Assembly (NCBI GenBank): GCA_041739035.1
Contig: JBGSOQ010000062.1
Coordinates: forward strand, 44,775-108,774
Length of the DNA stretch: 64,000 nt
DNA from: Ignavibacteriaceae bacterium
GTDB lineage: Bacteria; Bacteroidota; Ignavibacteria; Ignavibacteriales; Ignavibacteriaceae
Direction of reading: 5' to 3'
Made by a program: the position numbers and the translations under genes. Below the pieces are notes generated by a model, which saw only the letters and a list, made by a program, of their open reading frames with translations, was not told where the DNA came from and did not search any database. Shown here piece after piece: positions 46,411 to 53,817 of the stretch (positions within the stretch are counted from its first letter, which is position 1; each line of letters begins with the position of its first letter).

Positions 46411-48045
46411 ATGAAAAAAGTTTACTTAACAGTATTTTATTTATTTTTATCAGCAGTTCAATACTCTCAAACAATTTCCGTTTCAGGAAATATTAGAAAT
46501 GTTACAACTAACTCCCCGATCGAAGGCGCAAAAGTACAAATCAAAAACATATCCAATGGAATGATTGATTCTGTATTCTCCGATTTAATAGGAAATTGGC
46601 AGTATGATATAGCAACATCTGTTGAAGATGATATTAATTATCTACCAACTAGCTTAGAAGTGATGCAAAATTTTCCTAACCCGTTTAATCCATCTACTAA
46701 AATTGGATTTTTAATTCCCATCGATGAAAATGTTTCTATTTCTGTTCACAATATTCTTGGTGAGCTGGTCGATGTTAAAAGTTCATTTCTTACTAAAGGT
46801 AATTATGTTGTTGATTGGTGCAGTAAAGGAAGTGCAGGAGTATATTTTTACACCATTACCTATGGAAATCAATCCATAACAAAAAAAATGATTCAGCTTG
46901 ATGGCGGTAATGGCATTGGTCTTGGAGAAATTAGATCAGGGATATCAAGTACAGCTAGTAAGAATAATACAATACCATTATATAATATTGAAATTGTTAT
47001 TAATAAATTTTCATATGCGGCTGATACTACTTTAGCAGATATTGCCGGCGGAGAAAACTTTTCAACTTTTCTTCAAACTGTTCACTCAAAATACACTTTG
47101 ATTGATTTACACAACGATGTTCTTGAAGTTATGGTAGGTGATCCAAGTTACCATCTTACAGATTTTCATACTTACAATCACACCGATATCCCGAGATTGC
47201 AGCAAGGCGGAGTTGATATTCAGTTCTTTTCAATTTGGGTAAGTCCTACTTCTTATACTAATTATTTTGATCAAGCACTTGTAATGCGTGATTTATTTTA
47301 TTCAGAGCTTGCCGCAAACACTTTAACGATTGAGCAAGCAACAACAATAGATCAGTCTCTGCAAATAAACGAGCAAAATAAAATTGCAGCAGTTATTGGC
47401 GTTGAAGGTGGACATCATATTGAGGAAAGTATTGATAAACTTGTGCAGTTGTATAATGCTGGAATGAGATATTTAACAATCACCTGGAATAACAGTGTAA
47501 GCTGGGCAATCTCCGCAGCCGATAGCCGATCTACAACTCAAGGATTGAATATTTTTGGGCGACAGATTATTAGAACATTGGATTCTCTTGGCGTGATCAT
47601 TGATGTTTCGCATACTGGGATAAAAACAATTCAGGATATTTTACAGGTAACTAATAATCCAATAGTAGCTACTCACTCAGGTGCAAGAGCAATAAGAAAT
47701 CACACAAGAAATTTATATGATGATCAAATCCAGGCAATCGCGAATACTGGGGGCGTAATTGGAATCGTATTTTATCCACCATTTCTGGTAAATCCTACTC
47801 CCGCTTATATTAGTGATGTAGTCGCACATATCGATCATATAGTAAACTTAGTTGGGACAGATTTTGTTGCTATAGGTTCAGATTTTGACGGAATTGGAAC
47901 GAATGTAGTAGTAGGGTTAGAAGATGTTTCTAAATACCCTGATTTAACTTTAGCATTACTTGAGCATGGATATACCGAATTAGAAGTTGCAAAGTTTTTA
48001 GGTGGAAATTTTAAGAGAGTTTTTGAACAAGTTTGTGGTAACTAA
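46411..48045 (+). CDS. Membrane dipeptidase (peptidase M19) fused behind an N-terminal CarboxypepD_reg-like domain and an internal T9SS-CTD-like domain
   Basis: 544 aa. Signal peptide. ISVSGNIRNVTTNSPIEGAKVQIKN. Internal MQNFPNPFNPSTKIGF...GVYFYTITYGNQSITKKMIQL (aa ~83-163). M19 motifs LIDLHNDVLE, GVEGGHHI, RYLTITWNNS, IIDVSHTG, VATHSGARAI, AIGSDFDGI. Confidence 0.85.
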   Translation: MKKVYLTVFYLFLSAVQYSQTISVSGNIRNVTTNSPIEGAKVQIKNISNGMIDSVFSDLIGNWQYDIATSVEDDINYLPTSLEVMQNFPNPFNPSTKIGFLIPIDENVSISVHNILGELVDVKSSFLTKGNYVVDWCSKGSAGVYFYTITYGNQSITKKMIQLDGGNGIGLGEIRSGISSTASKNNTIPLYNIEIVINKFSYAADTTLADIAGGENFSTFLQTVHSKYTLIDLHNDVLEVMVGDPSYHLTDFHTYNHTDIPRLQQGGVDIQFFSIWVSPTSYTNYFDQALVMRDLFYSELAANTLTIEQATTIDQSLQINEQNKIAAVIGVEGGHHIEESIDKLVQLYNAGMRYLTITWNNSVSWAISAADSRSTTQGLNIFGRQIIRTLDSLGVIIDVSHTGIKTIQDILQVTNNPIVATHSGARAIRNHTRNLYDDQIQAIANTGGVIGIVFYPPFLVNPTPAYISDVVAHIDHIVNLVGTDFVAIGSDFDGIGTNVVVGLEDVSKYPDLTLALLEHGYTELEVAKFLGGNFKRVFEQVCGN

Positions 48046-48047
48046 AA

Positions 48048-49148
48048 TTATTTAACCAGCATCATCTTTTTATTTTCTCTAAAAATATTCTTTCCCTTTG
48101 CTGATTGAACATTTAGTGAATAAATATAAACACCTGATGGTAATTCATCAGCAAAAAATAATTCGTGGTAAATTCCCTCACTTCGTTCTTCTTCAACTAA
48201 AGTAGCAATTTCACTTCCTAGTAAATCATAAATTTTTAGTTGCACATAACTTCTTTGCGGTATTTCAAACCTTATAGATGTGGAAGGGTTGAACGGATTA
48301 GGATAATTTTGTGAAAGACTAAAATTATTTACCTCAACTTCATTCTCAGCAATACCGGTTAGTGGATCAGCATTCACAACCTGCCCAGCATAAACAGTAA
48401 CAACTCTTGTGTAACCCATTGATGGTGCTGAAACAGTGTAAGTTCCGGGCTTAACATCACCAATGGCATAATTTTCATTATAAAAATCATCTGAGCCAAT
48501 TTTGGTATCTGCAAATAAATAGGTTAGGGAGTAACCATAAGTTGTGTAAGGTGGTCTTGGTTTTGGATCGGGAGTAATGTTAACTCTCGTTTCATCGGGT
48601 GCATTAGGCACTCTGCCATAAATTGCACCCATTCCCGTTATGCTGCACCAGAGTTCAGCATTTCTTTTATTACGTAAACCGCTGCTTTGTGATCCCTTTC
48701 GGATTTCAAAATGTAAATGGGCACCTGTTGAGTAGCCAGTATTTCCTGAAAGCGCAATTGGCTGGCCTTTAATTACTGCTTGATTAACTGCAACAAAGGG
48801 TCGAGTTAAATGTCCATAAAGAAAATAGTAGAATGAGTTGGTCCAATAACTTTTAATGAAGATATAATTACCGGCACCGTTTGGTTCATATCCTCCAAAA
48901 GCACCTGTATCGGTTGGGTTATATCCAACAAAAGAAACGATGCCATCTGTAGCTGAGTAAACTGTATCCCATCGAACAAGAATATCTATTCCGTTATGTG
49001 CATTACCAGGATTAGAAATACTAGGTTCACCATAAAGATAACTACCATTGGTTTGGATATTATTGGGCACAGGTCTGTCGATTCGAAAATTCTGAGCGTG
49101 ATTAAAGAGAAACGGTGAGAGAAACAAAATTGTAAATAATATTCTCAT
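48048..49148 (-). CDS. M23 (LytM-type) metallopeptidase with T9SS sorting domain
   Basis: 366 aa. HNGIDI and GAHLHFEI zinc motifs. Tail NYPNPFNPSTSIRF...GVYIYSLNVQSAKGKNIFRENKKMMLVK. Confidence 0.88.
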   Translation of the reverse strand: MRILFTILFLSPFLFNHAQNFRIDRPVPNNIQTNGSYLYGEPSISNPGNAHNGIDILVRWDTVYSATDGIVSFVGYNPTDTGAFGGYEPNGAGNYIFIKSYWTNSFYYFLYGHLTRPFVAVNQAVIKGQPIALSGNTGYSTGAHLHFEIRKGSQSSGLRNKRNAELWCSITGMGAIYGRVPNAPDETRVNITPDPKPRPPYTTYGYSLTYLFADTKIGSDDFYNENYAIGDVKPGTYTVSAPSMGYTRVVTVYAGQVVNADPLTGIAENEVEVNNFSLSQNYPNPFNPSTSIRFEIPQRSYVQLKIYDLLGSEIATLVEEERSEGIYHELFFADELPSGVYIYSLNVQSAKGKNIFRENKKMMLVK

Positions 49149-49165
49149 TCAACTCCTGTTTAATG

Positions 49166-49266
49166 GGTATAAGGGAAAAGATGTAAGGTATAAGGTTTAT
49201 GGTATAAGAAAATTATTTAAAGCTTACGTAACTCTATTTATTTTTCCTTATACCAAATACCTTACC
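49166..49266. repeat. Cluster of GGTATAAG(G) motifs (three direct, one perfect inverted copy) between the PorV-like and M23 genes
   Basis: GGTATAAGG at 49166-49174 and 49187-49195. GGTATAAGA at 49201-49209. Inverted CCTTATACC at 49246-49254. ATACCTTACC at 49257-49266 is complementary to GTAAGGTAT at 49183-49191. Confidence 0.45.
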
Positions 49267-49279
49267 GGGATTCCCTATT

Positions 49280-50287
49280 CTAAAAATTAATGCCAACAGA
49301 AAAATAATGTATCTCAGTCAATCGACCGAAATCCTGATAAGCATAGTCGAGTTTTACTTTTATTAGATCTACAATTCTGTAATACAAACCAAAACCGAGT
49401 GTCAATCCTTTTTCAGAATCTTTCTCGAACAATGAATTGTAACCAGCTCTAACATGAATTATTTCATTCCAGGCATATTCTAATCCTGTGTTAAGATATT
49501 CCGTATGATCATTTGGATGAATTGCATCTAGTCCTAAAGTTAAACGAGAAGTTCCTTCTTTAATTACGTCGGCAGATATTCCAAATCTAAATAAAAGCGG
49601 AAGATCAAATTTGTCTAATTCAATATTAGAGTTAATCAAATTACTGCCGCCTGCTCCTGAAGGAAATACTACAGTAGCATCTCTACCGGAAAGCTGCATC
49701 TTTGTGCCGAAGTTTGAAATACTTGCAGCAAGTCTTAATTCGTTTAATACCGGAATTTTATACAGCGTTCCGATATCAATCGCAAGTCCTGTAGCATTCA
49801 TATTCCACAGATTTTCACTTATATACTTTAAATTAAACCCAATCGTAAAATTTTCTGTAAGAAATCTGGAATAGTTTAATCCAAGTACTAAAGTATTGTA
49901 GTCAAAAAATTCACCGGTGCCTTCCGGATTTTCAATTGTTCTAACTGCCATTTCATCCATAGAAAGAACTGAAACAAATGCACCAACGGTTCCTAAACCG
50001 GATAAGTTAGTTGCATAGGCGGCAAAGTCATGTCTAACATCAGCGTACAAAGCTGTATGATTAAAAAATGCTTCGTTAGAGACAATATTAGCCGTTCCAC
50101 TTGGATTCCAGTATATAGCAGTGATGTCGTCTGAAATAGCAGTAAATGCACCACCCATTCCTATAGCTCTTGGACCAACATTAAATTTTAGAACCTGAGT
50201 TGCTGTTGTTCCTGTTTTTGTAGTCTGAGCAAACAAAACTGTGGAGCAAATACAAGCAGCTAAAATCATTAATAAATATTTATTCAT
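49280..50287 (-). CDS. PorV/PorQ-family outer-membrane beta-barrel protein (T9SS-associated)
   Basis: About 335 aa with a signal peptide. Family-typical N-terminal motif GPRAIGMGGAFTAISDDITAIYWNPSG. C-terminal FSVGINF. Start at ATG 50287 with an AGGAG RBS. Confidence 0.75.
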   Translation of the reverse strand: MNKYLLMILAACICSTVLFAQTTKTGTTATQVLKFNVGPRAIGMGGAFTAISDDITAIYWNPSGTANIVSNEAFFNHTALYADVRHDFAAYATNLSGLGTVGAFVSVLSMDEMAVRTIENPEGTGEFFDYNTLVLGLNYSRFLTENFTIGFNLKYISENLWNMNATGLAIDIGTLYKIPVLNELRLAASISNFGTKMQLSGRDATVVFPSGAGGSNLINSNIELDKFDLPLLFRFGISADVIKEGTSRLTLGLDAIHPNDHTEYLNTGLEYAWNEIIHVRAGYNSLFEKDSEKGLTLGFGLYYRIVDLIKVKLDYAYQDFGRLTEIHYFSVGINF

Positions 50288-50364
50288 AAAAATTCTCCTG
50301 ATCAAACTCTATATTATTCATATTTCCTAAAGTCACCCATAGGGGGATTTAGGGGGCTCTTTTT

Positions 50365-53300
50365 TTATTTAATTAGTGCAAACTTTATTATTTTTTCTCC
50401 AATACCCGGTGCATCAATATGCGCAAGGTAAACTCCGTACGCTACACTAAAACCGTCTTGGTTTAATAGATTCCAGAACTCTCTTCCGTTATCCACCCCT
50501 GATTCATGCTCAATTGAAGTAACCAGTTCACCGCTAAGAGTATATATTCTGATTGTACACTGCATTGGTAGATTTTCAAAATATATTCTTCTTTCGCCGC
50601 GATTTTGTCCTGATAATTTATTTGCCGGTTCAATTTCATTTGCACCAACGTAGGGATTTGGAACTACATAAATATTATCCAGATTAGAAGATGCAAGTTG
50701 ATTATCAACAAATCCTGCTTTTGTCTGAAGTGTGAAAACATCTGCTTTGCTAAATGGACGAGTTGTGTACATCAAATAAGCATCACCAGGATTTGGCTGA
50801 ACAGAATCAGTCTCTGTTACACGCGCTGCAGTAAAACCCCATGATAATGTATCTGTACCAACTCCGGCAGCGCCAGGTAAAAAGAAAATAATCTCATCTC
50901 CACGAGTCCATGCAGAATCATTAACAGCTTTTTCTTCAAGAAGCGTAACAATCGGTATAGGAATTCCTGTGGAAACTTCTTCAACTTTATATTTAACAGG
51001 GATATCTATAAGAACTGGAGGAACTCGCTTCTTTGCAGTAGAAATATTTTGATCAGAGAAAGTAATTATATAATCACCTGCATATAATTTTTTACGGTTT
51101 CCTATCGAAGATATCTGCACGGCAACTGGAATATTCAAATCAGGATCAGACCATTTAGATAATATGCTATTAAAAGTTAAAGAGGAATAATCATTTACTG
51201 TTAACAAAACTCCATCAAAAATAGGATTGGAATCTTCACCTTTAAGCGCTGTGCTCTGATATACTGAGTAGCTCTTAAAAGTAATAAAGTATTCTGTAGC
51301 TTCGAGCATAGAACTGTTATCAGTTTTTTTAATCGCTCCTTTTTCAAAATTTAATTCATAATCAATGTTCAATTGATAAACTGCTCCTGCAGCATCTTTA
51401 ACCTGCAAATTGGCATCATTAATAATGTTTCCCTTTGAAAGGCTGGTAAATTTGTTGCCATATAAATAGAACGATTCAGTAGAAGATTTTTCTCCGAGCA
51501 CAGAGTAATTCTTTGCCAGAACATTTCCTTCTGCCGTATATAAAGTATCCTTAAATGTTAGAGTATAGTTTTCATCCTTAACTTCAAGATCATTCAGTAT
51601 ATTAAACTCTACAAAGCCATTTCCATAACCGTTAACCTGAGAAACATCGGTAAGCTCTTGAATGGTTGGCTTATCATATCCGGAAGCTCTTGGACCCGGA
51701 ATTGCCTGAACAGTATTATCAGCAAAAGTAAGAAGACTTGTTATAGGGTCTGAAGAAATTTTCTTACTTGTTTCGGATGGTGGAATTCCAAGAGAATCAC
51801 CATGATCATATGCAACAACAGCATAATAATAAGTTTGTCCGTTTCTAACTTCATTCGAATCAACGAATGAATGACGAAGACCGGAATTAACACCCAAATA
51901 ATAACTTATTCCCCTTCCCTGAAAAGGAACGGGATGAAATCCACGCCAGTCATTATTTAAATCCCACTTTGCTTCAAATCCATCAACACCTTTTAATGGT
52001 TCATACAAAAATTTTGAACCACGCCCATCTGTTATGTTTTGTATGTCTGCAAAATCAGGACGAGTGCTTCTATAAATAACATAGCCTTCAAAATCTTTTC
52101 CTGTAATAGGATCTAAACTTTCTTCAGAACTTGTATCCCAATACAAGGTAACTTTTTTATCATCGGGTACAGCAGTTACTTTTGGAAGACTAGGTGGTTT
52201 AAAGAACTGATAATTTTTATTATAAATATCCTGCACTGTTTCTGCAGTCAATAATAAATCATCAAGATCTTCGCCGAACAGAAATGCCATTGAGATTCGC
52301 TTAGTTTCACCTGGTGCTAATGAGATATGACCAGAACCATAAATAAATACTATATCTTCATCATTTGTTATTTCACTAAAACTACCCGGTTGAATTGCAT
52401 TCCAAACATCTTCATCATATGCAATTCTCAAATCAGTAGCCCATTGAGAACTTTTAAAACTTGTAAGACCGATTTGATCTGCCTCATCTAAATCAGTGTA
52501 TTCAAAATTAGGTTCACCGGGTTGCAGCGGATCGGGTCTTCCATCAGCTAATCTTAGTCCTGCTGTAGGAACTCCATCTCCCTCACCAAAATCTCCTGTA
52601 CCCGGAATTCCATCAACACCTACATCATTTGTTTCAGGATTCCAATCACCATCATTATCAATACCATCATCCTGTCTTTCATCAATCATTCCATCACCGT
52701 CATTGTCAATTCCATCAAAACCATTGCCGGGACTTTCAAGAAACTTGCATCCTAAATAACCAAGTTCTCTTCCCTGGTCTCCAATTCCATCTGGATCAAA
52801 AAAGTAAACCATATTTCTTGCATAAAGCGGTATTGTAGAATCATATGGAGCAATAAAAAGTCCGTTATCATCATCATTATCTTCACCGCCAATATCAGGA
52901 TCCCCATAAATACCAAAGACAACACTATCAAGAGGTGTGTCACTTACATTTGTAACAGACCAAACAAAAAATATTGCATTTGCAGCAAGTGAATTACTCC
53001 ACTGAAACGCACGCGCATCAATCTGAACACCTAACCCTTGCCGGCTGGGATCACCAGAAAACGGAAAGTAATTAAATTCTTTGTTATCTCTATCATCCAT
53101 TGCAAAGAAAGCTTCCAGATCCGCATTATTTTCTCCCTGAACTAAATATCCGGGCCAAACATATTCGCCTAATGTTTCATTATACCAATCTCTAGGCCAG
53201 CTATCCGGCTTGCCATCACGGTCAGAATCAAACGATGGATTAGAGGCAATGTATGGCTGATTAGGATCCGCATAACCAGGTAAGGGCTGCCATTGCCACT

Positions 53301-53796
53301 TCAATCCGGTTGCAGGATCAATTTCTCTTAATCCTGGTCTGTCCCAATCATTCATACCATCGGTAATGATGTGAATTCTATTACCAGATGTATCTACAAC
53401 CGATGCACCCACTATCGGACAGAATTGAAAAATATAAGGAGCATCGCGCCAGATAAGATTTGTAATTTCTCTTATGCCGCCAAAACCTGGTCCAATACCG
53501 CCATAGTTTTCAATTTCAACAGCAATATTATTTCCATTCATAAAAAACGATTTACGATCTTCATTGGCAGTATTCTTTTTTAAATAGTTTTGCTGCGAAT
53601 ACTTTAAAGAGCTCGAATTTGAAGGATTAGAACTAACTGGTGCAGTTAACAATTTATTATATAGAAAGTCTTTTATTGCCTGGTGTTCAATTTGTCTTCT
53701 CTGCTTAACTTCTTCTGGCTGTGCATTAATTGTTGCAGAAAGAAAAAGTAAAATAAGAACAACAGTGATTAAGTATTTTAATTTTATATTCAACAT
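50365..53796 (-). CDS. Large secreted protein with acidic Ca-binding-type repeats, Fn3-like domain and a divergent T9SS-type C-terminal domain
   Basis: 1143 aa with a signal peptide. DGIDNDGDGMIDERQDDGIDNDGDWNPETNDVGVDGIPG. Fn3-like PSLPKVTAVPDDKKVTLYWD...GYVIYRS. C-terminus VVPNPYVGANE...CTIRIYTLSGELV...GVYLAHIDAPGIGEKIIKFALIK. GGAG RBS. Starts 21 nt after the receptor stop. Confidence 0.85.
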   Translation of the reverse strand: MLNIKLKYLITVVLILLFLSATINAQPEEVKQRRQIEHQAIKDFLYNKLLTAPVSSNPSNSSSLKYSQQNYLKKNTANEDRKSFFMNGNNIAVEIENYGGIGPGFGGIREITNLIWRDAPYIFQFCPIVGASVVDTSGNRIHIITDGMNDWDRPGLREIDPATGLKWQWQPLPGYADPNQPYIASNPSFDSDRDGKPDSWPRDWYNETLGEYVWPGYLVQGENNADLEAFFAMDDRDNKEFNYFPFSGDPSRQGLGVQIDARAFQWSNSLAANAIFFVWSVTNVSDTPLDSVVFGIYGDPDIGGEDNDDDNGLFIAPYDSTIPLYARNMVYFFDPDGIGDQGRELGYLGCKFLESPGNGFDGIDNDGDGMIDERQDDGIDNDGDWNPETNDVGVDGIPGTGDFGEGDGVPTAGLRLADGRPDPLQPGEPNFEYTDLDEADQIGLTSFKSSQWATDLRIAYDEDVWNAIQPGSFSEITNDEDIVFIYGSGHISLAPGETKRISMAFLFGEDLDDLLLTAETVQDIYNKNYQFFKPPSLPKVTAVPDDKKVTLYWDTSSEESLDPITGKDFEGYVIYRSTRPDFADIQNITDGRGSKFLYEPLKGVDGFEAKWDLNNDWRGFHPVPFQGRGISYYLGVNSGLRHSFVDSNEVRNGQTYYYAVVAYDHGDSLGIPPSETSKKISSDPITSLLTFADNTVQAIPGPRASGYDKPTIQELTDVSQVNGYGNGFVEFNILNDLEVKDENYTLTFKDTLYTAEGNVLAKNYSVLGEKSSTESFYLYGNKFTSLSKGNIINDANLQVKDAAGAVYQLNIDYELNFEKGAIKKTDNSSMLEATEYFITFKSYSVYQSTALKGEDSNPIFDGVLLTVNDYSSLTFNSILSKWSDPDLNIPVAVQISSIGNRKKLYAGDYIITFSDQNISTAKKRVPPVLIDIPVKYKVEEVSTGIPIPIVTLLEEKAVNDSAWTRGDEIIFFLPGAAGVGTDTLSWGFTAARVTETDSVQPNPGDAYLMYTTRPFSKADVFTLQTKAGFVDNQLASSNLDNIYVVPNPYVGANEIEPANKLSGQNRGERRIYFENLPMQCTIRIYTLSGELVTSIEHESGVDNGREFWNLLNQDGFSVAYGVYLAHIDAPGIGEKIIKFALIK

Positions 53797-53817
53797 TTCA
53801 TTACTCCATAAATTTCA

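Noticed and set aside
46881-46888. A8 homopolymer frameshift as the explanation for the sorting-domain/dipeptidase fusion
   Set aside because: One A fewer gives an immediate TGA and one A more gives a stop after 4 codons. However, the conserved end of the sorting domain (KKMIQL, compare KKMILLK) is read in the current frame beyond the A run. Stop-codon loss or true fusion therefore fits better than a frameshift. Read-level verification is still advised.
50365-53796. Calling the 1143-aa protein PorU, because porU-porV adjacency is common in Bacteroidota and the size fits
   Set aside because: I could not find a gingipain/C25-type His...Cys catalytic arrangement. The protein has only three Cys residues, in contexts FQFCPIV, GYLGCKF and PMQCTIR. 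The acidic DxDxDG repeats are not a PorU feature I know of. This cannot be excluded without an HMM search, so it is listed as the main refutation test.
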